From an uncultured Prevotella sp. (lineage in GTDB: Bacteria > Bacteroidota > Bacteroidia > Bacteroidales > Bacteroidaceae): DNA of 64,000 bases. Each line of letters begins with the position of its first letter. Positions within the stretch are counted from its first letter, which is position 1. Made by a program: the position numbers and the translations under genes. The notes under the pieces were generated by a model. That model was given only the letters and a program-made list of their open reading frames with translations. It was not told where the DNA came from and searched no databases. Where the stretch lies: NCBI GenBank assembly GCA_946186945.1, contig CAMHPC010000001.1, positions 28,555 through 92,554 on the forward strand. Direction: 5' to 3'. Shown here in pieces: positions 22,091 to 32,474 of the stretch.

Positions 22091-22106
22091 TGACGAATAT
22101 AATAGG

Positions 22107-22134
22107 ATAGGGGAGCGGTGAAACGCTCCCCTAT
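22107..22134. terminator. Bidirectional terminator between convergent genes
   Basis: 11-bp stem ataggggagcg/cgctcccctat. Confidence 0.8.
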
Positions 22135-22140
22135 ATTGTT

Positions 22141-23064
22141 TTAGAAGAATTTTGTTTCTGTGCCCGTCACTTCGCTCAGGAGCAAGTTGGCAAGTCTGCT
22201 GGTTCCCAATCTGAACCATTCATTGGTGAGCCATTTTTCTCCAAGTACCTCCTTCACAATGGTATAGTAAATGAGTGCATCGGTCACGCTGTTCAGTCCT
22301 CCGGCGGGTTTAAAACCTATCTGTATGCCCGTCTCGTCGTAGTATTCCTTTATGGCCTGGCACATCACGTATGCAGCCTCGGGTGTGGCAGCGGGAGTGA
22401 GTTTTCCCGTAGAGGTCTTGATGTAGTCGGCACCGCTGTACATAGCAAGCAGGGATGCTTTCTTGATGTTTTCTGCAGTTTTCAGGCATCCTGTTTCCAG
22501 TATCACCTTCATTGCGTGTTCACCGCAAACAGATTTCAATTCACCTATCTCATCGCTTACTCCTTCATAGTCGCCACTTAGGAATTTCCCTACAGGCATT
22601 ACTATGTCTATCTCTGTGGCGCCATCGCCAATGGCCAGTGCCGTCTCTGCCACCTTTACCTCCAAGAGTGCCTGGGAGGAAGGAAAACTGCCCGATACGC
22701 ATGCCACTTCCACACCTTCCACCTCCAGTGTTTCACTCACTATCTTCGCGTAACAGGGGTACACGCAGATGGTAGCCACATGGGGTAGGGTGGGGTAGGC
22801 ATCTTCAAACTGGTTCACCTTTTCGGTAAATGCCAATACGCTTTCCTCCGAATCGGTGGTCTTCAGTGTGGTCAGTTCGATGCTGCCCATCAGGAATTTC
22901 TTCACTTCCGGTGTGTCGTTCTCATGTACACATTCGGTGATGATGCGCTTCACTTCCTCTTGCACTTTCTTGTCGTCCAAGGCAGTGTGGTATTTGCTCA
23001 GTGCCTCTTCGTACTTGCTACGTAGCGGAGCATGATGATGCTCTTCATGATGATGTTCTGCCAT
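22141..23064 (-). CDS. deoC: Deoxyribose-phosphate aldolase
   Basis: Motifs GATEIDIV, KVILETG, IKTSTGK, GFKPAGG and FRLGTS. Start at MAEHHH (23064). Confidence 0.95.
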   Translation of the reverse strand: MAEHHHEEHHHAPLRSKYEEALSKYHTALDDKKVQEEVKRIITECVHENDTPEVKKFLMGSIELTTLKTTDSEESVLAFTEKVNQFEDAYPTLPHVATICVYPCYAKIVSETLEVEGVEVACVSGSFPSSQALLEVKVAETALAIGDGATEIDIVMPVGKFLSGDYEGVSDEIGELKSVCGEHAMKVILETGCLKTAENIKKASLLAMYSGADYIKTSTGKLTPAATPEAAYVMCQAIKEYYDETGIQIGFKPAGGLNSVTDALIYYTIVKEVLGEKWLTNEWFRLGTSRLANLLLSEVTGTETKFF

Positions 23065-23090
23065 AATGTATTCGAATATTTTAGTTTGGT

Positions 23091-23426
23091 TTATGCTTTC
23101 AGTTTCGGGTTTTCTATATGTCTGTTGCTGTCTCTTTTCGTCTTCTTTTCTATGCTTTTCAGCAGTTCTTCGTTCAGGTCTACACCGGTCTGGTTTGCCA
23201 GGCATATCAATACCCATAGTATATCTGCCATTTCTTCACCGATATTGTCCTTGTCGCCAGCCTTGAAACTCTGGTCGCCATACCTGCGGGCGATGACCCG
23301 TGCCAGTTCTCCTACCTCCTCCGTCAGGCATGCCATGTTTGTGAGTTCTGAGAAGTAGCGCACACCGTATGTGTGTATCCACTCATCCACCATATGTTGG
23401 GCTCTATGTATCGTTATCGACTGCAT
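23091..23426 (-). CDS. MazG-like nucleotide pyrophosphohydrolase (YpjD-like)
   Basis: Motifs LTEEVGELAR, EEMAD and LANQTG. Confidence 0.92.
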   Translation of the reverse strand: MQSITIHRAQHMVDEWIHTYGVRYFSELTNMACLTEEVGELARVIARRYGDQSFKAGDKDNIGEEMADILWVLICLANQTGVDLNEELLKSIEKKTKRDSNRHIENPKLKA

Positions 23427-23878
23427 TATTCTCTGTTTTTTGTGTCTATCATTATCGTTACAGGACCGTCGTTGATGAGTTCCACCTGCATGTTGGCGCC
23501 GAAGACACCTGTCTTCACTTCCTTGCCGAGTGCGGCAGACAGGGCATTGCAGAACTGCTCGTAAAGGGGCACAGATATCTCATGTCGTGCTGCCCGAAAC
23601 CACGACGGTCTGTTGCCTTTCTTGTATGATGCATATAGTGTGAACTGACTCACCACAAGTGCCTCGCCCTCTGTATCGATGATGGAGCGGTTCATTACCC
23701 CTTGTTCGTCGTCAAAGATGCGTAGTGCTGCAATCTTTCTTACCAGCCAATCCACGTCATCGCCATTGTCCTCTTCGCATACGCCAAGGAGTATTGTCAG
23801 TCCGTTGCCTATTTCACCGTGTATCTCACCTTCGATACTCACCGATGCCCGGCTCACTCTTTGTATAAGTGCTCTCAT
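23426..23878 (-). CDS. dtd: D-aminoacyl-tRNA deacylase
   Basis: Motifs QRV, SQFTL and NDGPVT. Confidence 0.97.
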   Translation of the reverse strand: MRALIQRVSRASVSIEGEIHGEIGNGLTILLGVCEEDNGDDVDWLVRKIAALRIFDDEQGVMNRSIIDTEGEALVVSQFTLYASYKKGNRPSWFRAARHEISVPLYEQFCNALSAALGKEVKTGVFGANMQVELINDGPVTIMIDTKNRE

Positions 23879-23895
23879 GCTTGAATTGTACTAAA

Positions 23896-25740
23896 TTATT
23901 GTTCTTGTTCTTTGTGTAGTTGTGCATAAATCAGACCGGCACGATGCTGACCTATCACCTCTGTCAGTTGTTCCAGTGTGGCTTCGCGAATGCGTTTCAC
24001 GCTTTTGAATTTATGTAGCAATGCTTCTGCGCTTTTCTTGCCCACGCCCTCTATTTCATCGAGTGCCGAGTGCAGGGCATGTTTGCTTCTCTTGTCGCGG
24101 TGGAATGTTATGGCGTATCTATGTACCTCATCCTGTATTCCTGTGAGTGTGTGAAAGAGTTCGCTCTTGGTTTTCACGCCTACCACCACAGGTGGAAAGC
24201 CAAACAGCAGTTCGTTGGTGCGGTGGTGACCGTCCTTGGCAAGTCCTGCTATGGGGATGTTCAGGTTGAGCTCATCTTCCACCACCTGTCTCACTACTTC
24301 CATCTGCCCCTTTCCGCCATCGGTGATTATCAGGTCGGGTAGGGGAGAGCCTTCGTCTATCATCCTGCTATATCTCCTTCGCACCACTTCCTGCATAGAG
24401 GCATAGTCGTCGGGTCCAACCACTGTTTTGATGTTGTATTTGCGGTATTCTTTCCGGGCTGGTTTCAGTCCTTTGAACACCACGCATCCTGCCACGGCGT
24501 CCGTGCCGCTGATGTTCGAATTGTCGAAACATTCGATGTGGTATGGCATCTTTTCCATACCCAAAGCCTGTTGCAATTCCTTCATCAGTCGTGTCTGTTT
24601 CTGTTCGGGATTGAGTTTCTCGCTGCGTTTCAGTCTGTCGAGTTTATACTGTTTGCCGTTGAGCAGGGATAGTTGCAGCAGGTGGTGTTTGTCGCCCTTT
24701 TGTGGTACGGTCCATTCCGCGCCAGGTATATCCCATTCCATCTCTTTTGGCACCACTATCTCTTTTGCCTCGCTGTGGAACCGTTCTCTTATCTCGGGTA
24801 TGGCGAGTGAGAGAAGTTCCTCATCGTTCTCATCCAGTTTCTTTTTGTATTCAAAGGTGAAGGCCTGGTTGATATTACCGTTGGTCACATGCATATAGTT
24901 TATGAATGCCAATTGTGCTTGGTCGTCGTTGACCACGCTGAACACGTCAACGTTGTTTACCGTATGACTCACCACTTCGCTTTTGGCGCAGTAGTTGTTC
25001 ACTTGTATGTAGCGCTGTTTAGTCTCTTCAGCCTTTTCATACTCCATTTTTTCTGCCTGCTGCTGCATTTCTTCGAACAGTGTTTTGGACAGTTCGCGCG
25101 TATTGCCTTTGAGTATTTCCTTTGCTTGCCTGATATATTCGTTGTATTCTTCGAATGACAGTTTTCCTATGCAGGGTCCGCAGCAGTTGTGTATGTGGTA
25201 TTCCAGGCAGGGTTTAAACTTGCCTTGTCTCACTTTTTCTTCGGTCAGTGGCAGTCTGCAGGTTCTTAGCCTGAATGTCTGGTGTATCATTTCCAATACG
25301 GCATTCATGGAACCTTGGTGAGAGTAGGGACCGAAGTATTGTCCGTATTTGCGGTTTATTTGTCTCGTCTTGAATATCCTGGGGTAGGGCTCGTTGGTGA
25401 TGCAGATGCTGGGGTATGTTTTACCGTCTTTCAGCAGTACGTTGTATCTGGGGTTGTATTTCTTGATGAGTGAGTTTTCCAGTAGCAGGGCGTCTGTTTC
25501 TGTTTTCACCACGGTGTAGGTTATGTTTTCGATCTTGCTTACCAACACCTTGGTTTTGTATCTGTCCACTTCCTTGTGCAAGTATGATGACACTCTTCTT
25601 TTCAGGCTTTTTGCCTTGCCTACGTATATTATCACTCCGTCCTTGTCCCAGAACTGGTAACTGCCTGGCAGTTCGGGCATGTTGTTTACTATGCCTTTCA
25701 GCCGGTTTGTTCTCTCCTCGTTGTCCCTGTTTTTTGCCAT
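23896..25740 (-). CDS. uvrC: Excinuclease ABC subunit C
   Basis: GIY-YIG (IYVGKAK), ECFDNS, DGGKGQ and an HhH C-terminus. Confidence 0.97.
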   Translation of the reverse strand: MAKNRDNEERTNRLKGIVNNMPELPGSYQFWDKDGVIIYVGKAKSLKRRVSSYLHKEVDRYKTKVLVSKIENITYTVVKTETDALLLENSLIKKYNPRYNVLLKDGKTYPSICITNEPYPRIFKTRQINRKYGQYFGPYSHQGSMNAVLEMIHQTFRLRTCRLPLTEEKVRQGKFKPCLEYHIHNCCGPCIGKLSFEEYNEYIRQAKEILKGNTRELSKTLFEEMQQQAEKMEYEKAEETKQRYIQVNNYCAKSEVVSHTVNNVDVFSVVNDDQAQLAFINYMHVTNGNINQAFTFEYKKKLDENDEELLSLAIPEIRERFHSEAKEIVVPKEMEWDIPGAEWTVPQKGDKHHLLQLSLLNGKQYKLDRLKRSEKLNPEQKQTRLMKELQQALGMEKMPYHIECFDNSNISGTDAVAGCVVFKGLKPARKEYRKYNIKTVVGPDDYASMQEVVRRRYSRMIDEGSPLPDLIITDGGKGQMEVVRQVVEDELNLNIPIAGLAKDGHHRTNELLFGFPPVVVGVKTKSELFHTLTGIQDEVHRYAITFHRDKRSKHALHSALDEIEGVGKKSAEALLHKFKSVKRIREATLEQLTEVIGQHRAGLIYAQLHKEQEQ

Positions 25741-25752
25741 GGCGGTTAATGA

Positions 25753-25768
25753 TGTTTCACGTGAAACA
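25753..25768. promoter_or_regulatory. parS site (perfect)
   Basis: TGTTTCACGTGAAACA, the consensus ParB-binding palindrome, in the apt-uvrC gap. Confidence 0.9.
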
Positions 25769-25776
25769 ATACGCTT

Positions 25777-26307
25777 CTATATCTGGATGAGGGATGTGAT
25801 TTCTATGTCTTTGTCGAACGCTGCTCTGCCGTCCAAACCTTCGTTTACCAGTTCTATGATGAAGTTCATATATATCTTCTTTGGCTTGAATTTCTTCACG
25901 AGGTTGCAGGCTGCTGCCATGGTTCCGCCCGTTGCCAGAAGGTCATCGTGCAGAAGTATCACGTCGCCTTCGCTTATGGCGTCCTGATGTATCTCGATGG
26001 TGTCGGTGCCATATTCTTTTGAGTAACTTTCCTGCACTGTGGCTGCCGGCAGTTTCCCTGGTTTGCGACACAGTACCACACCTGCCCCGAGTTTGATGGC
26101 AAGTGCTGAAGCCATAACGAAGCCCCTGCTCTCTATGCCTACTATCTTGGTTATACCTTTGTCTTTGTACAGTTCATACAGTTCGTCCTCCATTATCTGC
26201 AGGCATTCTGCATTTTTGAAAAGTGTGGTTACGTCGCGGAAATTGATACCTTTCTGGGGGAAGTCGGGGATGCACCTGAGGTTGTCTAATAATACTTTAT
26301 TGTTCAT
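25777..26307 (-). CDS. apt: Adenine phosphoribosyltransferase
   Basis: Motifs GIESRGF, RKPGKLP and DDLLATGGT. Confidence 0.96.
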   Translation of the reverse strand: MNNKVLLDNLRCIPDFPQKGINFRDVTTLFKNAECLQIMEDELYELYKDKGITKIVGIESRGFVMASALAIKLGAGVVLCRKPGKLPAATVQESYSKEYGTDTIEIHQDAISEGDVILLHDDLLATGGTMAAACNLVKKFKPKKIYMNFIIELVNEGLDGRAAFDKDIEITSLIQI

Positions 26308-26328
26308 TGCTGTTATATTATTTTAGAA

Positions 26329-26344
26329 TGTTTCACGTGAAACA
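26329..26344. promoter_or_regulatory. parS site (perfect)
   Basis: TGTTTCACGTGAAACA in the mnmG-apt gap. Confidence 0.9.
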
Positions 26345-26368
26345 ATTCGTTTGCTTTGTTAAAAACTT

Positions 26369-28240
26369 TTACCTGCCCATCAATACGAGCATGGCATTTA
26401 TGTCGCTGGGCGAAACACCCGGTATCCTACTTGCCTGACCAAGTGTGGCGGGATTGATACGGGCGAGTTTCTGTCTGGCTTCGATGGATATGGCCTGCAG
26501 GTTACCGTAGTCGAAATGTCCCCTTATGGCGATACTCTCCAGTCTCTGCATCTTTTCCGCCATAATACGCTCACGGTCTATGTAGCCCTTGTATTTTATC
26601 CTAATCTCCGCTCCCTCCGCTATCTCTTCACGGCGGTTGACTGGTTCATGGAGGATGGCTTGCAGTTCGGGAAGTATCTCTGCCATCTGTTGCAGTGTCA
26701 CCTGAGGTCTGCTCAGAATGTCCATCAGCAGGCTGCCGCCTTTTATGGGCGTGGTGCCCATCCTTTCCAGTAGAGCATTCACCTGGGCTGGCTTCACGTG
26801 GGTCTCTTTGCAGTAGTCGGTCACTTTCTTTAGGGCAGCCTTCTTCTCCATCCACCAGTCGTAACGCTCGCGGGTGGCAAGGCCCAGGGTGTATGCCCGT
26901 TCTGTCAGGCGTTCGTCGGCATCATCCTGACGGAGGAGTACCCTGTATTCTGCTCTGCTGGTAAACATCCTGTACGGTTCGTCTACACCCTTGGTCACAA
27001 GGTCGTCGATGAGTACGCCTATGTAACTCTCGTCGCGGCGCATGGTGAAGGTGTCTGTTCCGGCGCAGTGCAGAGCGGCATTTATGCCTGCTACCAGTCC
27101 CTGGCCGCCTGCCTCCTCGTATCCCGTAGTGCCGTTTACCTGACCTGCAAGGAAGAGACCGGGGATGACTCTCGACTCCAGGGTGTGGTGCAGTTGGGTG
27201 GGGTCGAAATAGTCGTACTCTATAGCGTAGCCAGGGCGGTACACTCTCACGTCGCGCAGGCCGGGAATATTACGCAGGGCTTCTATCTGTGTCTCTGCCG
27301 GCATGCTGGATGAGTAGCCGTTCAGGTACATCTCGTTGGTGTCCTCACCCTCCGGTTCCAGAAAGAGAAGGTGCTGCTCGCGGTCGGGAAAGGTGACCAA
27401 CTTGGTTTCTATCGAAGGGCAGTAGCGTGGTCCGATGCTGTGTATCTGTCCGTTGTACAGCGGCGACTGACTGATGTCTCTCATCAGGCGCTCGTGCACC
27501 TCGGCATTGGTGTAGCATATCCAGCAGGGCCGTTGCTCTAACGGACGGTGCGGACCGAAGAAACTGAACTGGTGGAAGTCGGTCTCTCCGTCCTGCCGCT
27601 CCATCTCCTCGAAATGTACGCTGCGGCGGTCGATGCGTACCGGCGTGCCCGTTTTCATCCTGCCGCTGCGTATGCCGTGCCGGGTGATGCTCTCGGTGAG
27701 GTGGTGTACCGCAGGTTCGGCTATCCTGCCTCCTTCCACCTGACGGCTGCCCACGTGCATGAGTCCTCTGAGGAAGGTGCCGGCGGTTATCACTACACTC
27801 TTGGCCCTGAGTTCGGCACCCCACAGCGTGCGCACACCCACAGCCTCACCGTTCTCTACCAGCAGTTGCTCTGCCTGGTCCTGATACACATCGAGCAGTG
27901 GGGTGTGGTCTAACACCTCACGCCATTTCCAGATGAATTTGGCACGGTCGCACTGTGAACGCGGACTCCATACGGCAGGTCCCTTCGAGCGGTTGAGCAT
28001 ACGAAACTGTATGGCGGTGGCATCGGTCACCAAAGCCATCTGACCACCAAGCGCATCAATCTCGCGCACTATCTGACCCTTGGCTATGCCACCCACGGCA
28101 GGGTTGCAACTCATCTGGGCTATCTTGTTCATGTCCATAGTGACGAGCAGCGTACGCGCTCCCATACGGGCAGATGCAGTGGCTGCCTCGCAACCGGCAT
28201 GACCGGCACCTATCACTATCACATCATATTTCTCTGTCAT
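26369..28240 (-). CDS. mnmG: tRNA uridine-5-carboxymethylaminomethyl modification enzyme MnmG/GidA
   Basis: Motifs GAGHAGCEAA, SCNPAVGG, GPRYCPSIE and GQVNGTTGYEEA. Confidence 0.98.
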   Translation of the reverse strand: MTEKYDVIVIGAGHAGCEAATASARMGARTLLVTMDMNKIAQMSCNPAVGGIAKGQIVREIDALGGQMALVTDATAIQFRMLNRSKGPAVWSPRSQCDRAKFIWKWREVLDHTPLLDVYQDQAEQLLVENGEAVGVRTLWGAELRAKSVVITAGTFLRGLMHVGSRQVEGGRIAEPAVHHLTESITRHGIRSGRMKTGTPVRIDRRSVHFEEMERQDGETDFHQFSFFGPHRPLEQRPCWICYTNAEVHERLMRDISQSPLYNGQIHSIGPRYCPSIETKLVTFPDREQHLLFLEPEGEDTNEMYLNGYSSSMPAETQIEALRNIPGLRDVRVYRPGYAIEYDYFDPTQLHHTLESRVIPGLFLAGQVNGTTGYEEAGGQGLVAGINAALHCAGTDTFTMRRDESYIGVLIDDLVTKGVDEPYRMFTSRAEYRVLLRQDDADERLTERAYTLGLATRERYDWWMEKKAALKKVTDYCKETHVKPAQVNALLERMGTTPIKGGSLLMDILSRPQVTLQQMAEILPELQAILHEPVNRREEIAEGAEIRIKYKGYIDRERIMAEKMQRLESIAIRGHFDYGNLQAISIEARQKLARINPATLGQASRIPGVSPSDINAMLVLMGR

Positions 28241-28364
28241 CTGATTATCGTGTTTTTACCTACTCTTGTCTTTATGTTTGCAAAAGTACAAAAGATTTTC
28301 AAAATAGTTTGGCACGTTCATATATTTTGCATAATTTTGAACCCTCACAGTAAACCTTTTAACT

Positions 28365-29465
28365 ATGACCGACGATATAAAACGAATAGTGCTGACTGGC
28401 GGACCCTGTGCGGGAAAGACTACCGCACTGGTTAGGGTGATTGAGCATTTCTCCAGTATGGGGTACAAGGTGTTTACCATTCCCGAGGTGCCCACCATGT
28501 TCACACAGGCAGGTATGGACTACCTGACGAAAAACCAGAACTTCTTCCTCGAAGGCGAAAAAGCCACACTTGAACTGCAACTCGCTCTCGAGGATAAGTT
28601 CATGCGCATGGCGAAGGCATACGGCAAACCAGCCATCATTGTCTGCGACAGAGGAGCCATGGACATATCAGCATACGTCACCCCACAGATGTGGGAGCGC
28701 ATCACGCAGGAGGTAGGCACGACTACCACACAGTTGCGCGACACACGATACGATGCCGTGCTGCATCTGGTGAGTGCTGCCGATGGTGCCGAACAGTTCT
28801 ATACCACCAGCAACAATGCCAGCCGAAACGAGGCTGCCGACGAACAGGGACTGAAGATAGCCCGTATGCTCGACAAGAAAGTGATAGAGGCATGGACCGG
28901 ACATCCACACCTCAGGGTGATCAACAACCATGAGAACTTCGAGAATAAGTTGCGGCGCGTGATAAGAGAGATATCCAACGTGCTGGCACTGCCTCAACCC
29001 ATCAAGGACGAACGGAAGTTTATAGTCAGCATCGACCGATCGCTGCCCGATGCCATCACCAGCGATATCACACAGACATACCTGGTGGCAGAACCAGGAT
29101 GCGAGGTGCGACTGCGCCGACGCACCTGGGGTGCCAACTTCGTCAATGTGCATACCACCAAGAAAAAGATTTCTCCACAGGAAGAACTCATCACCGACCG
29201 CCAGGTGAGCAACAGTCTGTATGAGTCGCTACTCAAACAGGCCGACCCTTACCGTAAAACCATACGCAAGACACGACACTCCCTGGTGTGGAAAGGGCAG
29301 TACTTTCAGATAGACGCTTTCCATGATGCACTCGAGGGGCTGGTGGTGCTAGAAACAAAAGGCATAGCACAGGGCGAGGAGGTGACATTCCCACCAGGAA
29401 TATCAGTGAAAGAGGAGATTACAGGACGTACCGATTACGACAACTACAACCTGGCTCTGAGGTAA
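28365..29465 (+). CDS. P-loop kinase/ATPase (AAA_28, NadR/Ttd14-like) fused to a CYTH-like domain
   Basis: Walker A GGPCAGKTT and CDRG; C-terminal ERKF, ITQTYL and VRLRRR. Confidence 0.75.
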   Translation: MTDDIKRIVLTGGPCAGKTTALVRVIEHFSSMGYKVFTIPEVPTMFTQAGMDYLTKNQNFFLEGEKATLELQLALEDKFMRMAKAYGKPAIIVCDRGAMDISAYVTPQMWERITQEVGTTTTQLRDTRYDAVLHLVSAADGAEQFYTTSNNASRNEAADEQGLKIARMLDKKVIEAWTGHPHLRVINNHENFENKLRRVIREISNVLALPQPIKDERKFIVSIDRSLPDAITSDITQTYLVAEPGCEVRLRRRTWGANFVNVHTTKKKISPQEELITDRQVSNSLYESLLKQADPYRKTIRKTRHSLVWKGQYFQIDAFHDALEGLVVLETKGIAQGEEVTFPPGISVKEEITGRTDYDNYNLALR

Positions 29466-29490
29466 CACTCTCCTGCCACCGAGACTGCGC

Positions 29491-29550
29491 TGAATGTGAG
29501 TACTTGAAATAAATGCATTCTTTTGCACTTTTTTTAAGTACTCACATTTA
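29491..29550. repeat. Long AT-rich inverted repeat upstream of the frd/sdh promoter
   Basis: aatgtgagtactt (29493-29505) and aagtactcacatt (29536-29548). Confidence 0.75.
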
Positions 29551-29728
29551 ATATTTTTTTTAAAAAACTTTGAATTGTCATAAAATGATAGTATTTTTGC
29601 ACTCGAATGGGGTATTGCCGATACCTAAAAGGGGGTAATGACGGCACGCCAATCGTAGGGAAACACACGATACACGATTTTTGAAATCAATTATTCAATC
29701 AATATCAAATCATTAAATCTAAACATTT

Positions 29729-30463
29729 ATGTGGTTAGTTAATTCATCTATCGGAAGAAAAGTGGTAATGTCGGTCACTGGCGTATCGCTTATCCTCTTC
29801 CTGACATTTCATGCCTGCATGAATGTCGTGGCGCTCTTCTCCGCCAAGGCATACAACACGATCTGTGAATTGCTGGGTGCCAACTGGTATGCCGTAGTGG
29901 CAACACTCGGACTGGCAGCCCTCGCAGTGATCCATATCGTGTACGCCTTCATTCTCACGGCACAAAACCGTCGTGCCCGTGGTGAGGAGCGTTATGCCGT
30001 GACGCAGAAACCCGAGAAAGTGGAGTGGGCATCGCAAAACATGCTGGTGCTCGGACTCATCATCCTGCTCGGTCTGCTGCTCCACTTGTTCAATTTCTGG
30101 TACAACATGATGTTCTGTGAACTCCTTGGCATCGCCGACCCGCTCGGAAATCCCGCCAACGGTTTCGGATACATCGTGCAGACCTTCAGCTGCCCGGTTT
30201 ACGTGGTGCTCTACATCATCTGGCTGGCAGCTATCTGGTTCCATCTCTCTCACGGCTTCTGGAGTGCCATGCACACCCTGGGCTGGAATGGCAAAATCTG
30301 GTTCAACCGCTGGCGCACGATAGGCTTGGTGTACAGCACCCTGCTTATGCTTGCTTTCCTCGTAGTCGTGCTCGCCTTCGCATTCCATCTGGCTCCCAGC
30401 CTCTGCAGCGCACCCGCTGACGTGCTTCCTGCCTGCTGCGGCTCTGCTTGCGGTGCAGCTTAA
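29729..30463 (+). CDS. sdhC: Fumarate reductase/succinate dehydrogenase cytochrome b subunit
   Basis: SSIGRKVVMSVTG, five TM helices with His heme ligands, and FHLSHG. Confidence 0.93.
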   Translation: MWLVNSSIGRKVVMSVTGVSLILFLTFHACMNVVALFSAKAYNTICELLGANWYAVVATLGLAALAVIHIVYAFILTAQNRRARGEERYAVTQKPEKVEWASQNMLVLGLIILLGLLLHLFNFWYNMMFCELLGIADPLGNPANGFGYIVQTFSCPVYVVLYIIWLAAIWFHLSHGFWSAMHTLGWNGKIWFNRWRTIGLVYSTLLMLAFLVVVLAFAFHLAPSLCSAPADVLPACCGSACGAA

Positions 30464-30486
30464 ACTGACCTTTAAACATTACAAAA

Positions 30487-32469
30487 ATGACAAAGAAAAT
30501 CAATTCCAGAATACCTGAGGGTCCCGTAGCCGAGAAGTGGTCTAACTATAAAGCGCACCAGCGACTGGTGAACCCTAAGAATAAACTGAAACTCGATGTC
30601 ATCGTGGTGGGTACCGGACTGGCTGGCGCTTCAGCCGCTGCCTCACTGGGTGAGATGGGATTCAACGTGTTCAACTTCTGTATACAGGACTCTCCACGCC
30701 GTGCTCACTCCATAGCAGCACAGGGCGGTATCAATGCTGCCAAGTGCTATCAGAATGACGGCGACTCTATCTACAGACTCTTCTACGACACTGTGAAAGG
30801 TGGTGACTACCGTGCTCGCGAGGCTAACGTGTATCGCCTGGCAGAGGTGTCAAACAATATCATCGACCAGTGCGTGGCTCAGGGTGTACCCTTCGCACGC
30901 GAATATGGAGGCATGCTCGCCAACCGTTCTTTTGGTGGCGCTCAGGTGAGCCGTACCTTCTATGCCAAGGGACAGACAGGTCAGCAACTGCTGCTCGGCG
31001 CATACAGTTCACTCAGTTGCCAAGTTGAGGCTGGCAAGGTGAAACTCTACACGCGCTACGAGATGGAAGACGTAGTGATAGTAGACGGTCGCGCACGCGG
31101 TATCATCGCCAAGAATCTTGTCACTGGCAAATTGGAACGCTTCAGTGCCAATGCTGTGGTCATAGCCACCGGTGGATACGGAAACACCTACTTCCTCTCT
31201 ACCAATGCCATGGGTTGTAACTGTACAGCCGCTGTTCAGTGCTACCGTAAGGGCGCATATTTCGCAAACCCCTCTTACGTGCAGATACACCCCACATGTA
31301 TTCCTGTACACGGCGACAAACAGTCGAAACTCACACTGATGTCAGAGTCGCTGCGTAACGACGGACGTATCTGGGTGCCCAAGAAACTGGAAGATGCCAA
31401 AGCCCTGCAGGCTGGCACAAAACAGGGATGGGAAATACCTGAGGAAGACCGAGACTACTACCTGGAGCGCCGCTATCCTGCATTCGGCAACCTAGTGCCC
31501 CGCGACGTGGCATCACGTGCCGCCAAGGAACGTTGCGACAAGGGCTATGGCGTCAATAATACCGGTCTGGCTGTGTTCCTCGATTTCAGCGAGTCTATCA
31601 ACCGCCTCGGTATCGACCAGATTATGCAGCGCTATGGCAACCTCTTCGAGATGTATGAGGAGATAACAGACGTGTTCCCCGGTGACGTGGCAAACGAGAT
31701 CAACGGCGTCACCTATTACAAGCCTATGATGATCTATCCCGCCATACACTATACTATGGGCGGTATCTGGGTAGACTATGAGTTGCAGACCTCTATTCCC
31801 GGACTCTTCGCTATCGGTGAGTGTAATTTCTCTGACCACGGTGCCAACCGCCTGGGTGCCTCTGCACTGATGCAGGGACTGGCAGACGGTTACTTCGTAC
31901 TGCCTTACACCATACAGAACTACCTGGCCGACCAGGCAGTATGGCCACGCATATCCACCGACCTGCCCGAGTTTGACGAGGCTGAGAAGGCTGTAGATGC
32001 TGAGATAGACCGACTGATGAATATCAAGGGTAAGCGCTCTGTAGACAGCATACACAAGGAACTGGGACACATCATGTGGGAATATGTAGGTATGGGACGT
32101 ACCGCTGAAGGACTGAAAGTGGGTCTGGACAAGATGAAGAAACTGCGCAAGGAGTTTGACACCAACCTCTTCATACCTGGCTCCAAGGAAGGACTCAATA
32201 TCGAACTCGACAAGGCTATACACCTCAGAGACTTCATCACTATGGGACAACTCGTGGCATACGATGCTCTCTCACGCAATGAGAGTTGCGGTGGACACTT
32301 CCGCGAGGAGTATCAGACCGAAGAGGGTGAGGCAAAACGCGACGATGAGAACTTCTTCTATGTGGGCTGCTGGGAATATCAGGGCAGCGACGAGAAGGCT
32401 CCCGAACTGATCAAGGAACCTCTGGAATACGAGGCTATCAAGGTACAGACACGTAACTATAAAAACTAA
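30487..32469 (+). CDS. sdhA: Fumarate reductase/succinate dehydrogenase flavoprotein
   Basis: Motifs [21 protein letters not shown] and HGANRLG. Confidence 0.97.
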   Translation: MTKKINSRIPEGPVAEKWSNYKAHQRLVNPKNKLKLDVIVVGTGLAGASAAASLGEMGFNVFNFCIQDSPRRAHSIAAQGGINAAKCYQNDGDSIYRLFYDTVKGGDYRAREANVYRLAEVSNNIIDQCVAQGVPFAREYGGMLANRSFGGAQVSRTFYAKGQTGQQLLLGAYSSLSCQVEAGKVKLYTRYEMEDVVIVDGRARGIIAKNLVTGKLERFSANAVVIATGGYGNTYFLSTNAMGCNCTAAVQCYRKGAYFANPSYVQIHPTCIPVHGDKQSKLTLMSESLRNDGRIWVPKKLEDAKALQAGTKQGWEIPEEDRDYYLERRYPAFGNLVPRDVASRAAKERCDKGYGVNNTGLAVFLDFSESINRLGIDQIMQRYGNLFEMYEEITDVFPGDVANEINGVTYYKPMMIYPAIHYTMGGIWVDYELQTSIPGLFAIGECNFSDHGANRLGASALMQGLADGYFVLPYTIQNYLADQAVWPRISTDLPEFDEAEKAVDAEIDRLMNIKGKRSVDSIHKELGHIMWEYVGMGRTAEGLKVGLDKMKKLRKEFDTNLFIPGSKEGLNIELDKAIHLRDFITMGQLVAYDALSRNESCGGHFREEYQTEEGEAKRDDENFFYVGCWEYQGSDEKAPELIKEPLEYEAIKVQTRNYKN

Positions 32470-32474
32470 AAACA

